In this document: positions 5,579 through 14,325 of the stretch, piece by piece
How the letters are laid out: every line of letters starts with the position of its first letter
How positions within the stretch are numbered: position 1 is the stretch's first letter
Virus record (IMG/VR): IMGVR_UViG_3300045988_035205
Coordinates: 1 to 40,180 of that record
DNA from: a virus
Length of the DNA: 40,180 bases
Strand: one strand, 5' to 3'
Program-made: the position numbers and the translations under genes
Notes under the pieces: model-generated
Told to the model about the DNA's origin: nothing
Databases searched by the model: none
Seen by the model: the letters and a program-made list of their open reading frames with translations, nothing else

Positions 5579-6301
5579 ATGAAAATCACCACACCACACG
5601 GCACTCTCGAAGGCGACAACATCGAATCCATCCTCAAAGAGCATGGATTCCACTGCCTGCATGGTGCCGACCTGTGCGATGCCGACCTGCATGGTGCCGA
5701 CCTGCGCGGTGCCTACCTGCGCCACGCCGACCTGCGTGGTGCCGACCTGCGCCACGCCAGCCTGCATGGTGCCTACCTGATGCACGCCGACCTGCGTGGT
5801 GCCGACCTGTGCGATGCCGACCTGTGCGATGCCGACCTGTATCGTGCCGACCTGCGCGGTGCCTACCTGCGCCACGCCGACCTGCGTGGTGCCGACCTGT
5901 ATGGTGCCGACCTGCACCGTGTCTACGATGTAAAACTCAGCATCGCCAAAATCAGCATCCTTCCGGACGAAGGCGACATCATCGGCTGGAAAAAAGCATA
6001 CGTAGACGACACAATGCCACCGAGACCAGTCATCGTAAAGCTGCTTATCCCAGCAGACGCGCAACGCTCCAACGCCACTGGCCGCAAATGCCGCGCCAGC
6101 ACAGTGCGAGTGCTCGACCTGCAAGACAAGCAAGGCAACAGCCTTCCACCGGACACCACGGCATACAGCGGATACGACACAGACTTCACGTACAAAAAAG
6201 GCGAAACCGTGCACGTCGAAGACTTCGACACCAACCGGTGGAACGAATGCGCTCCAGGCATCCACTTCTTCATCACCCGCATCGAAGCAGCCGAATACTA
6301 G
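5579..6301 (+). CDS. Pentapeptide-repeat protein fused to a conserved C-terminal phage domain. The alternative GTG start at 5435 is less likely.
   Basis: About 17 consecutive A(D/N)LXX-type pentads (HGADL CDADL HGADL RGAYL ...) span 5660-5914. The C-terminal part ends in APGIHFFITRIEAAEY. AAAGGA RBS precedes the ATG at 5579. Confidence 0.8.
   Translation: MKITTPHGTLEGDNIESILKEHGFHCLHGADLCDADLHGADLRGAYLRHADLRGADLRHASLHGAYLMHADLRGADLCDADLCDADLYRADLRGAYLRHADLRGADLYGADLHRVYDVKLSIAKISILPDEGDIIGWKKAYVDDTMPPRPVIVKLLIPADAQRSNATGRKCRASTVRVLDLQDKQGNSLPPDTTAYSGYDTDFTYKKGETVHVEDFDTNRWNECAPGIHFFITRIEAAEY
5694..5899. repeat. Perfect 56-bp direct repeat (5694-5749 and 5844-5899) inside the pentapeptide-repeat array
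   Basis: The two copies are 150 bp apart, equal to 10 pentads and in frame. Confidence 0.8.
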
Positions 6302-6311
6302 GAGACTCAAA

Positions 6312-7094
6312 ATGAACAATGAAATACAACGATTCGAGTTTAAGGGTGCATCATTACGCGCCCTGACCGACGAGGCGGGGGAGCCTTGGTTTGTCGCCAA
6401 GGACGCGTGCGACATCCTCGGCAATGACACAAATCATCTCCGCGAAGCTCTTGATGATGACGAAATCACAAACCTCCGTAATTCGGAGGTTTGGAATCAG
6501 CCGGGGCGCGCACCTCTCATCATCTCTGAGCCAGGCCTGTACAAGCTCATCATGCGCTCGCGGAAGCCGGAGGCCGAGGAATTCCAGCGTTGGGTGACGC
6601 ATGAGGTGCTTCCGCAGATCCGCAAGACTGGCGGCTACATTCCAACCACGGAAGTGGATGATGACATGACCATCCTCGCGAAGGCCGTGCTCGTCGCGCA
6701 GAAGACCATCGAGCATAAGAATCGTCAGATCGCGGAAAAAGACGCGCAAATCAAGGCGTTGGAGCCTAAAGCGTTGTTCGCCGACGCGGTGGCCGCTTCG
6801 GACGGCACGTGCCTGGTGGGCGAATTGGCGAAGATGCTGCGCCAGAATGGCTTGAACATCGGCCAGAATCGGCTTTTTCGGCTTCTTCGCGATGATGGTT
6901 TCTTCGGCAGGTCCGGTTCGAACCGCAACGTGCCGACGCAGAAGGCGATGGACCTCGGCCTGTTCCGCATCAAGGAGACCGCTGTAACCCACTCGGACGG
7001 CCACGTGACCATCAGCCGCACGCCAAAGGTCACCGGCAAGGGACAGCGCTATTTCATCGCCCGCTACTGCCCGAAGAAGAAGCCGAATGACTGA
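6312..7094 (+). CDS. Phage antirepressor (BRO-N domain plus KilAC/ANT-type C-terminal domain)
   Basis: The N-terminus FEFKGASLRALTDEAGEPWFVAKDACDILG...FQRWVTHEVLPQIRKTGGY is typical BRO-N. The C-terminal half has LVGELAKML...QNRLFRLLRDDGF...KAMDLGLF. Confidence 0.8.
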   Translation: MNNEIQRFEFKGASLRALTDEAGEPWFVAKDACDILGNDTNHLREALDDDEITNLRNSEVWNQPGRAPLIISEPGLYKLIMRSRKPEAEEFQRWVTHEVLPQIRKTGGYIPTTEVDDDMTILAKAVLVAQKTIEHKNRQIAEKDAQIKALEPKALFADAVAASDGTCLVGELAKMLRQNGLNIGQNRLFRLLRDDGFFGRSGSNRNVPTQKAMDLGLFRIKETAVTHSDGHVTISRTPKVTGKGQRYFIARYCPKKKPND

Positions 7095-7305
7095 CCTGCT
7101 TCGGCCGGAGGAGTTCGCGGCGATGATTGGCATGAGTCCCCGCACTCTCGCCAATTGGCGGAGCAATGGCAAAGGGCCGAGATATTTGAAGATTGGTGCC
7201 GAGCCGCCGGAAGGCAAGCAGGACAGGCGTGAAGTGCGTTATCAGCGTGACGTGGCCGAAAGGTGGGCCTTGGCTCACGAATTCACGAGGACGATAGCGA
7301 GATGA
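7087..7305 (+). CDS. MerR/excisionase-family HTH DNA-binding protein
   Basis: LLRPEEFAAMIGMSPRTLANWRSNGKGPRYLKIG is typical of HTH_17/Xis-like proteins. Confidence 0.65.
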   Translation: MTDLLRPEEFAAMIGMSPRTLANWRSNGKGPRYLKIGAEPPEGKQDRREVRYQRDVAERWALAHEFTRTIAR

Positions 7306-7487
7306 AACCCCACAATGATGGCCACTACTTCGTGCCTGGAAGCCGTCAGACCGGCAGATATGAGCCGCGCGGATTCATGGTCAGCTCTTACGTGAAGCCG
7401 ACTTTGACGGAGCAGGGCATCGACGTGGACGAATTCATCAAACAAAACCGTCATCTAATCGAAAGACTTAGGAAAGGAAACCATTGA
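7302..7487 (+). CDS. Hypothetical early protein
   Basis: ATGA-coupled internal Met of track ORF 7263-7487. Confidence 0.5.
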   Translation: MKPHNDGHYFVPGSRQTGRYEPRGFMVSSYVKPTLTEQGIDVDEFIKQNRHLIERLRKGNH

Positions 7488-8125
7488 AACACGAATATGA
7501 CTCCGACGAGCTCGCCGAGCTGAAAAGCATCTACGACGAGTCGGGCGAAGCCGGACTCCAGATCGGCGAAATGCGGGCGTTGCGCAAGGCCGGACTCCTC
7601 ACGCAGGGCCTGCCGGCGAAACCGGAAGCACCGTCGAAACGCGATCTCATCATCGCACACTGCAAAAACCGCATCGACCAAGGCCAGCCGTTCGACGGCA
7701 AGGAAACAGCCGAAGCGCTAGGCATGAGCCAGAAAACAGTCGGCAACATCATCAGTCAACTCCGCAAGGAGGGACTATTGCCGGCCTTTGACAAGCACTC
7801 GCCACGCAGCAAAGCACAGAAAACCACCACAACCGGAAAGAAGAAGGAGACCATCATGGCCGTCACATCGAAACCAGCCGCCAGCAAGGAGGAACCAATG
7901 AGCCAGGGAATCACCGCCAACAAGGAGACAGCACCGGAGAAACAGTGCGAGAACACGCGCGCCATCATCTCCAATGCATTGACCGGCATTTTCGACGCCA
8001 TCAGCGCATTGCAACGAACCGCGTTTCAATCCAACGACAAAGTGGTCTACGGATTCGCCACGAAACTCCTCAACGGCGAACTCATGGACTTGAAGGCCAA
8101 CTACAGCAAGGATGCGGCGAAATGA
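7484..8125 (+). CDS. Hypothetical protein with an HTH-like segment
   Basis: 213 aa. ETAEALGMSQKTVGNIISQLRKEGLL resembles an HTH. Confidence 0.6.
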   Translation: MKHEYDSDELAELKSIYDESGEAGLQIGEMRALRKAGLLTQGLPAKPEAPSKRDLIIAHCKNRIDQGQPFDGKETAEALGMSQKTVGNIISQLRKEGLLPAFDKHSPRSKAQKTTTTGKKKETIMAVTSKPAASKEEPMSQGITANKETAPEKQCENTRAIISNALTGIFDAISALQRTAFQSNDKVVYGFATKLLNGELMDLKANYSKDAAK

Positions 8126-8280
8126 GACTCAAGTTCAACAGCAAGGATGGCGTTTTCACCGTCAAACCCGAAAACGAAGAGGAAAAAACCGCGCTCAAAA
8201 CGTCGGCACCTGCCATCTGCAATCTCATCATCGATTTTTTTAACGGTGAAGTCCAGGAAATGAAGGTGGCGAAGGAATGA
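8122..8280 (+). CDS. Small hypothetical ORF (52 aa)
   Basis: ATGA coupling at both ends. Confidence 0.45.
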   Translation: MRLKFNSKDGVFTVKPENEEEKTALKTSAPAICNLIIDFFNGEVQEMKVAKE

Positions 8281-9239
8281 AGCGGATACCACTCAAGGAC
8301 ACGGAACGCTACACGTTGGAACGGTTCCGACAGTGCAAGAAAACGGAACGTCATCTCGCATGGCTGAAGAGCCGTAAGGCTGGTGTCGGCGGTTCCGACA
8401 TGAGCACGATCCTCGGCCTGAATTCCTTCAAGACACCGTATGAGCTGTGGCTTGAGAAGACAGGCCGCGTGGAACCGGAGGACATCTCCGACAAGTGGGC
8501 CGTCATCCGCGGCAATGCCTTGGAGAACGAGCTCAGGAAGCGTTTCCGTGCCAATCATCCGGAAATGCTCGTCACGGACGGCACCGACAAGCAGTTCATC
8601 ATGCGCGGGAAGCCATACCTGCGCGCTTCCCTTGACGGCATCCTGCAGAAAGAGAACGGCGATTTTGGAATCCTCGAAATCAAGACGGCGAGCAGCCGTC
8701 GAGCGGGGGACTGGCATGACGAGGAAGGCAACCTCCGAATCCCGCCATACTACTTGGCTCAAGTCGAGTTCTACGCGCTCGTCACTGGATGGACGTGGGG
8801 CTACGTATACGCGGCCATCGGAGACGACGAGCCGGCGGAGATACCGTTCCAGGCCGACGTGGAGGACATGGCCGCGATCGACAAGGCCGCAGCCGACTTC
8901 TGGCATTTCGTCACTTCCGGCACTCCACCGCAGTTGACTGGCGGCGACGTGCAGAAGGCGTTCCCGGAACCTACGCCGGACATTGTGGACGAAAGCGACG
9001 ATGACGACCTGTACGACCTGCTCGCAAGATACGAGAGCGCCACCGGAATGCTGAATGACATGAAGTCCGCTCAGAAGGAATTGCAGGAGCAGATCATTCT
9101 GCGCATCGGCTCGCACACCGGCATCAAGTGCGGGAATTTGCAGGCCACCTACAAGCCGATGACACGCAAGGAATACACCGTCAAAGCCACCACCTACCGC
9201 AAATTCGCGCTCAAAACCATCGAAGAAAAGGAGCAATAA
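8277..9239 (+). CDS. YqaJ-like / lambda-Exo-type recombination exonuclease (PD-(D/E)XK)
   Basis: GGSDMSTILGLNSFKTPYELWLEKTG, ASLDGI and GILEIKTAS motifs. It lies immediately upstream of recT. Confidence 0.8.
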   Translation: MKRIPLKDTERYTLERFRQCKKTERHLAWLKSRKAGVGGSDMSTILGLNSFKTPYELWLEKTGRVEPEDISDKWAVIRGNALENELRKRFRANHPEMLVTDGTDKQFIMRGKPYLRASLDGILQKENGDFGILEIKTASSRRAGDWHDEEGNLRIPPYYLAQVEFYALVTGWTWGYVYAAIGDDEPAEIPFQADVEDMAAIDKAAADFWHFVTSGTPPQLTGGDVQKAFPEPTPDIVDESDDDDLYDLLARYESATGMLNDMKSAQKELQEQIILRIGSHTGIKCGNLQATYKPMTRKEYTVKATTYRKFALKTIEEKEQ

Positions 9240-9241
9240 AA

Positions 9242-10099
9242 ATGGGAGCAATCGCACAGCAGGCGCAGGGACAGCAGTTGCAGCCGCTCAATCCGAAGGG
9301 CAAGCTCAAGCAGCTTGTGGAGCATTCATGGCCGCAGATCGCACGTGTCATCGGCGGCAACCTCGACAGCGAGGCGCTGTTGCAGATGTGCATCAGCAGC
9401 ATCAACCGCACTCCCGCATTGGCCGACTGCACGCCGGTGAGTGTCCTTTCCTGCTTCATGCAGTGCGCGGCACTTGGCTTGCGCCCATCCGACGTGGATG
9501 GATTGGGACAGGCGTACATCCTGCCCTATGGCAACAAGAACTATGCCACAGGGGAGAAGCAGGCCACGTTCGTCATCGGCTACAAGGGCATGCTGAAACT
9601 GTTGGAGAACAGTGGAATCTACGCGCAGCCGCGAGCCGTCTACGAGGATGACAACATCAAGCTCAAGCTTGACGAAAATGGCGTGCCGACCATCGAATGC
9701 CCGGACGAGGTGAACGTGGACGCCGACCACAGCGAGGACAAGCTGAAATTCGTGTACCTCTCTGTCCAGCTGCCGAATGGCGGACGATACGCCGACTACA
9801 TGTCGAAACGCGACCTGCTCGAATACCGCGAGAAGTACGCGCCACGTAATCGCAGCCGTCAGATCACCGGCCCGTGGGTGAAGAATTTCGTGGAGATGGC
9901 GAAGAAGACCATCATCCGTCGCAGTTTCAAATATCTGCCGGTCAACATCGAGGCGAAGAAGGCCGCGAGCGTGGACGAGACCACACCGGATTACGGCGAC
10001 GTGTTCCAGCCGGTAATCACCGATTCGACTGATGACGTGACCGCCGAGGTCATGGACACCGACACTGAGGCCGATTCGGAAGCAAAGGATGGTGAGTGA
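9242..10099 (+). CDS. recT: RecT-family single-strand annealing protein
   Basis: [17 protein letters not shown]...[10 protein letters not shown]...[11 protein letters not shown] resembles RecT. AAAGGAG RBS precedes the ATG at 9242. Confidence 0.8.
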   Translation: MGAIAQQAQGQQLQPLNPKGKLKQLVEHSWPQIARVIGGNLDSEALLQMCISSINRTPALADCTPVSVLSCFMQCAALGLRPSDVDGLGQAYILPYGNKNYATGEKQATFVIGYKGMLKLLENSGIYAQPRAVYEDDNIKLKLDENGVPTIECPDEVNVDADHSEDKLKFVYLSVQLPNGGRYADYMSKRDLLEYREKYAPRNRSRQITGPWVKNFVEMAKKTIIRRSFKYLPVNIEAKKAASVDETTPDYGDVFQPVITDSTDDVTAEVMDTDTEADSEAKDGE

Positions 10100-10587
10100 T
10101 GGCCGGAGAAACCGTAATCACCGTGGTGGGCAACCTCACCGCAGATCCTGAGATGCGCACGACCCGTAATGGTTCCACGGTGGCGAACTTCAGCATCGCG
10201 GCCACGCCGAGAGTGTTCGACAAGCAGTCCAACCAGTGGGTGGACGGGGACGCGCTGTTCCTGCGCTGTTCCGCCTGGCGTGACCTTGCCACTCATTGCG
10301 CGCAGAGTCTGTCCAAGGGCATGCGTGTGATCGCGCAGGGCCGTTTGCAGCAGCGTTCCTATCAGGCGCAGGACGGTTCCAACCGCACGGTCATCGAATT
10401 GCAGGTGGACGAGATCGGCCCGTCGCTCAAGTATGCGACGGCTCAGGTGCAGAAGATGCAGTCAGGCGGATACCAGGGCGGTAACGCCAACGGTGGCGGC
10501 TATCAGCAGCCGCAGCAGGCGCAGCAGCAGTCGCAGGCTCCGGCCGATGATCCGTGGGGCGCTCCGGCTGGAGAGCCTGACTTCTGA
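10099..10587 (+). CDS. ssb: Single-stranded DNA-binding protein
   Basis: [30 protein letters not shown]-fold signature, a Gly/Gln-rich linker and an acidic tail ending in DDPW...EPDF. Confidence 0.9.
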   Translation: MAGETVITVVGNLTADPEMRTTRNGSTVANFSIAATPRVFDKQSNQWVDGDALFLRCSAWRDLATHCAQSLSKGMRVIAQGRLQQRSYQAQDGSNRTVIELQVDEIGPSLKYATAQVQKMQSGGYQGGNANGGGYQQPQQAQQQSQAPADDPWGAPAGEPDF

Positions 10588-10715
10588 TGATGCGTGAGTG
10601 GATTGAGCCGCCAGACGTGCTGCCGGTATGTCCCAAACATGGGTGCGCGCTGTATCCGGCGCGCCCCATCCCATGCCCCGAATGCGAAATCGAATCCGAG
10701 GAAGAGGAGGAATGA
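10587..10715 (+). CDS. Small zinc-ribbon-like ORF (42 aa)
   Basis: C-x4-C ... C-x2-C (VCPKHGC ... PCPEC) with an acidic tail. ATGA-type coupling at both ends. Confidence 0.45.
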   Translation: MMREWIEPPDVLPVCPKHGCALYPARPIPCPECEIESEEEEE

Positions 10716-11101
10716 TGCAGGAATTCGTCGTGGACATTCCACGAGACGAATGGTGGACGCAAAACCGTCGCGGCCACTGGCGAGTGAAATTCGCGCACAC
10801 AAGCGCAGTCAAACAGCGTGCCATGGCATTCGCCAGATTCTGGCTCCAAAACGGCCACCACAGGCCACAACACTTCCCAGTGCACGTCACCGCGATCATC
10901 CACCCATTGACCCACGGCCGCTTCGACCCGGAGAACGCGGCGCCCATGGTCAAAGCCATCCTTGACGCGCTCACCGATACCGGATTCTGGCCCGACGATG
11001 ACTCAAAACACATCATCGGCCCCGACTACCGAGGTGGAGAACCAAGCATCCGAAAAGGCTGGTACCGAATCACAATCCGAATCGAAGAAGAGGAGCACTG
11101 A
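10712..11101 (+). CDS. rusA: RusA-family Holliday junction resolvase
   Basis: RFDPENAAPMVKAILDALTDTGFWPDDDSKHI matches the RusA acidic catalytic motif region. GAGGAGGA RBS is present. Confidence 0.75.
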   Translation: MMQEFVVDIPRDEWWTQNRRGHWRVKFAHTSAVKQRAMAFARFWLQNGHHRPQHFPVHVTAIIHPLTHGRFDPENAAPMVKAILDALTDTGFWPDDDSKHIIGPDYRGGEPSIRKGWYRITIRIEEEEH

Positions 11102-11102
11102 C

Positions 11103-11348
11103 ATGGCTACGAACGTGAGTCAGCAAGACGAGACACTGCACAAGGTTATCGAATGGTGTGAGCAGCGCGAGGTTGAGGGATTACGGCTTGCCAATGCTTT
11201 GCTGCAGAAGCATGACTTGGCTGCTTATGCAGTGGTCAAAGCTCAAATAGACGCATATCACAAGACCGCCGAACATTGCCGTCACATGCTCGGCTATTCC
11301 GGCTCGATGCCGTCCGAGGTGCCGAATCAAAGCGAGGACGCGAAATGA
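11103..11348 (+). CDS. Hypothetical protein
   Basis: Internal Met of track ORF 10962-11348, directly after the rusA stop. Confidence 0.5.
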   Translation: MATNVSQQDETLHKVIEWCEQREVEGLRLANALLQKHDLAAYAVVKAQIDAYHKTAEHCRHMLGYSGSMPSEVPNQSEDAK

Positions 11349-11551
11349 GTAAACGGTACAAGGTTTGCCCACTTTTTTGGGGTGATTACGGCTGTAAACG
11401 CACCTTGATGAATATGGGTGCGTTTGAAGAGTTGCTGAACGAGGGTTGGCAGATTCTGCGGGTGGATACCATGCCGCCAACGGAATTGCGTGATAACGCC
11501 GTCGCAGCGACGAACGTCTACATCCTTGAGAGGGAGGCTAATGATGATTAG
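11345..11551 (+). CDS. Hypothetical protein
   Basis: ATGA-coupled Met within track ORF 11276-11551. Confidence 0.5.
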   Translation: MSKRYKVCPLFWGDYGCKRTLMNMGAFEELLNEGWQILRVDTMPPTELRDNAVAATNVYILEREANDD

Positions 11552-11792
11552 TCAATACGACAAGGACATGTGTTGCCTGTATATCGCTGAGGGGATGAGC
11601 TACATCTGGCAACAAAAAGGGAACCAAGAGCTTTCCCGAATACTTGAATCATTGGCCGATAGGAAGCTCATGAAGCGTGTCCATGGCGGGTATGCGATCA
11701 CGCTCAAGGGCCTGTTGGCAGTCAAGGTGTGGAGACTTCACCTGTTCCTGTTCCATCACGATGAACACAAGTACTTCAGGAGGAAGAAATGA
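11541..11792 (+). CDS. Hypothetical protein
   Basis: GAGGGAGG RBS precedes the ATGATG at 11541. Confidence 0.5.
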   Translation: MMISQYDKDMCCLYIAEGMSYIWQQKGNQELSRILESLADRKLMKRVHGGYAITLKGLLAVKVWRLHLFLFHHDEHKYFRRKK

Positions 11793-12124
11793 GTATCGCA
11801 GAGGATGAAGCGGAGAGGGTGTACCCGACCCGCTATTGGGATGGAACGCATGTCAAGGAAAAGTTCTACTGCGACACGGACGATTTGCAGGAAGCTTACC
11901 TGCGAGGCCGCGAAGCGCCACCGTCTGACGTTGAGGTGGAGGCCGTGGCAAAACGCTTGCTATGGCGAAGCTGCAAGAAGTGGGATGGCATCGAAAGCGA
12001 CTGTGTGGCGAAGGACGAAGATGACGCATGGAATTATGCCGGTGAGATTCCCGGCTTCCAGGAGGAATATATCAGACAGGCCAAGGAAATGCTCGAAATC
12101 GCACGGAAGGCGGTAAACGAATGA
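11789..12124 (+). CDS. Hypothetical protein
   Basis: AGGAGGAAGAA RBS with ATGA coupling. Confidence 0.6.
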   Translation: MSIAEDEAERVYPTRYWDGTHVKEKFYCDTDDLQEAYLRGREAPPSDVEVEAVAKRLLWRSCKKWDGIESDCVAKDEDDAWNYAGEIPGFQEEYIRQAKEMLEIARKAVNE

Positions 12125-12255
12125 GCAAGGCAATCCGGTATATCGAGTGCGCCCACTGCGGTGAGACGGTGGGCAGCTATTACGTCACCTGCCCTTACTG
12201 CGGGTACCGGCTGGTGGACGCGAAGCAAGCCGTAATGGACGGCCTGCAATGGTGA
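12121..12255 (+). CDS. Small zinc-ribbon ORF (44 aa)
   Basis: CAHCG ... CPYCG (two CxxC pairs) with ATGA coupling. Confidence 0.5.
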   Translation: MSKAIRYIECAHCGETVGSYYVTCPYCGYRLVDAKQAVMDGLQW

Positions 12256-12437
12256 AAGACCTGCTTGACACGCCACCGGACTTGGTGGAGATTGCCGAAG
12301 CCCTGGATGCGATGGCGAAACCGCACTACGGCTCGGCGTGCAAGCTGATTGCCGAATCGGAAGGCGAACAATGCACCACCGAACGGCAGGAAGCCATCTG
12401 GATGGCATACAACGGCATCACAAGAGGAAAGGATTGA
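12249..12437 (+). CDS. Hypothetical protein
   Basis: 62-aa ORF overlapping the previous stop. Confidence 0.5.
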   Translation: MVKDLLDTPPDLVEIAEALDAMAKPHYGSACKLIAESEGEQCTTERQEAIWMAYNGITRGKD

Positions 12438-12438
12438 G

Positions 12439-13242
12439 ATGGCAAGGCGCGGATACGTGCAGCTCGTGAACGCTTTTTACAGCAACGAGAAGGTGCAGGA
12501 ATTGGCGCGCAGTGGACGCATGGACTCTGTGGGCGCCTTCTGCATGGCCCTGGCGTATTGCGGCGATCATCTCACGGACGGCTTCGTGCCGCGCCGCGCC
12601 ATGCTCTACGTCATCGGGGCCACCAGCGAGCAGATCCGTGCACTATGCGATGTGGGCATGCTTGAGGAGGTCGATGAAGGCTGGCTGATCCATGATTACA
12701 CCGAGCATAACCGCACCAAAGAGCAGGTATTGCACGCCAGGAAGAAAAGCGCCGAGCGCGTGGCCAAGCATCGCAACGAATCGGATGTAACGGCGTTACA
12801 TCGGAACTGTAACGCTGTTACATCGGGACAAACACCAGAACACCAGAACACCAGAACCCAAAAGAAAGATGAAGAAGAATATTCTTCTTCTTCATCCAAA
12901 GAAATCGGGCTGAACGACTTCGAGCTGGTCAGGGAGAAAGCCCACGCCAATGCCGCCATAATCCGCGATTACCCGAATCTCGACCTCACGGACGCGTGGA
13001 ATGCCTTCGCCGCTCGCCACTACGGCGAGACACGCACCGTCAACGACTGGTGCCGCCTATGGAAGGGCTGGTGCCAGCGACGCGCACGCATGAGCGGCAT
13101 ACCACCCTCGAAACCACACAGGCACACGTGGCAATGCGAACACGTGCTCCAGGCGCTCGGACGCGACAAGGAAACCGCCACGCCAGACCAACGAGCCTGC
13201 CAACTCGCAGAACGACTCAACAAGGAGCAGAACACACAATGA
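12439..13242 (+). CDS. Putative replication organiser / initiator-like DNA-binding protein
   Basis: AGGAAAGGA RBS. Two domains are separated by a low-complexity linker whose DNA carries ori-like repeats, a lambda-O-like arrangement. It lies in the replication/recombination module. Confidence 0.55.
   Translation: MARRGYVQLVNAFYSNEKVQELARSGRMDSVGAFCMALAYCGDHLTDGFVPRRAMLYVIGATSEQIRALCDVGMLEEVDEGWLIHDYTEHNRTKEQVLHARKKSAERVAKHRNESDVTALHRNCNAVTSGQTPEHQNTRTQKKDEEEYSSSSSKEIGLNDFELVREKAHANAAIIRDYPNLDLTDAWNAFAARHYGETRTVNDWCRLWKGWCQRRARMSGIPPSKPHRHTWQCEHVLQALGRDKETATPDQRACQLAERLNKEQNTQ
12784..12896. other. Candidate phage origin of replication embedded in the organiser gene
   Basis: TGTAACGnnGTTACATCGG occurs twice with a 22-bp period (12786-12804 and 12808-12826). 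The first copy lies within the perfect palindrome GATGTAACG-G-CGTTACATC. CACCAGAA occurs three times in tandem (12833-12856). An AT-rich palindrome GAAGAAGAAT/ATTCTTCTTC is centred at 12880/12881. Confidence 0.5.
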
Positions 13243-13397
13243 TAGAACCCAAACTCATCTACCATCTCACAGACGCCGAATACCACCGACGCATGGCCAA
13301 GGCATGGCGAGAAGGCTACGCAGCCGGATGGAAAGACCAGGAATGCGACTTTCCGCCACACACCACAGAAAATCCATACAAGGAGACAACACGATGA
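13239..13397 (+). CDS. Small hypothetical ORF (52 aa)
   Basis: ATGA-coupled Met within track ORF 12996-13397. Confidence 0.45.
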   Translation: MIEPKLIYHLTDAEYHRRMAKAWREGYAAGWKDQECDFPPHTTENPYKETTR

Positions 13398-13543
13398 GAA
13401 TCAAGAAAGTCCTCGAAGACATGATCATCAAGTGGCATCAGGCCGGTTACGCGCTTGACGAGATCGCGCCGCTCGTGCCGCAGGTGCCGAAAGCCGAAAT
13501 CGCCGCACTCATCCGCCAGCACGACAAGGAGACCAGACTTTGA
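13394..13543 (+). CDS. Small hypothetical ORF (49 aa)
   Basis: ATGA-coupled Met within track ORF 13304-13543. Confidence 0.45.
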   Translation: MRIKKVLEDMIIKWHQAGYALDEIAPLVPQVPKAEIAALIRQHDKETRL

Positions 13544-14295
13544 CCAACTGCCAGCACTGCCGGAAGCCAATGAAGCCGGTGGCCGCGAATCTGCTCTGCG
13601 CCAGCTGCCGAGAAAACTACTGGCAGCTGATCCGCCAGCTCGGACACGTCCAACTGCCCGCCCTGCGGAGCATCATGCTCCGACAGGCCCGCATCGGCAC
13701 CCCAGCACACACGCCAAGCCGAGGCAACGCACCAATACCCATCGACACCCACGCTCAAGACCTCATCGCAGACAGCGAAGCATGGTTGGCGGAACAGGCG
13801 GGCAAAATACGCGCCGCATACGCTGGATACGACTGGCGGAAAGCGTGGTTCGCCATAATCAGCAACCGGCGCACCATCCTCGACATGAGCACTGCAGCAG
13901 ACGATTACGCAGCCCTGGAACACATCAGCCGACGCAACGAGACGGCCTTGACACCAGAAGAGGCAATGGTCATCATCGGCACATGCCCACAATGCGGCCA
14001 CCAAGCCACCAGCACGCCACAGGCCGACGAATGGACATGCCCGCACTGCAAATGGCAAGGCGGAGTCCAAGCAATAAAAGCCGAACGCGACAACAAACTC
14101 TGGCAACTCGAATACACCGGAAAACCAGTCGAAGTCGCACGCTACCTCGCCAAAATGGACATCCACTGCACAAGCGACCAGATCCGCCAATGGCTCACCA
14201 GAGGCAAACTGTCGCACGCCACGCCGACAAAACACAAAGGAGAGTACGTGTTCAACCTCGGAGAACTCACAGCCATGCTTGACTGTCACAATTAA
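13540..14295 (+). CDS. Zinc-ribbon plus C-terminal HTH protein (candidate late-gene regulator)
   Basis: TTG start 7 nt after AAGGAG. It has CxxC...CxxC at the N-terminus, CPQC...CPHC in the centre, and a C-terminal ARYLAKMDIHCTSDQIRQWLTRGKL HTH-like segment. It is the last gene before the late promoter island. Confidence 0.55.
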   Translation: MTNCQHCRKPMKPVAANLLCASCRENYWQLIRQLGHVQLPALRSIMLRQARIGTPAHTPSRGNAPIPIDTHAQDLIADSEAWLAEQAGKIRAAYAGYDWRKAWFAIISNRRTILDMSTAADDYAALEHISRRNETALTPEEAMVIIGTCPQCGHQATSTPQADEWTCPHCKWQGGVQAIKAERDNKLWQLEYTGKPVEVARYLAKMDIHCTSDQIRQWLTRGKLSHATPTKHKGEYVFNLGELTAMLDCHN

Positions 14296-14297
14296 AA

Positions 14298-14306
14298 TGC
14301 TATACT
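14298..14306 (+). promoter_or_regulatory. Extended -10 promoter element (TGcTATACT)
   Basis: It lies in an AT-rich island directly after the 13540-14295 stop, upstream of the tRNA-like gene and the packaging genes. Confidence 0.4.
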
Positions 14307-14325
14307 GTCGTATGTTCGTAGAATG

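Noticed and set aside
5660-5914. 15-nt periodic DNA repeats that could be mistaken for a CRISPR array or a minisatellite.
   Set aside because: The periodicity is exactly one pentapeptide per 15 nt within a continuous ORF. There are no unique spacers and no leader. It is a coding pentapeptide-repeat array.
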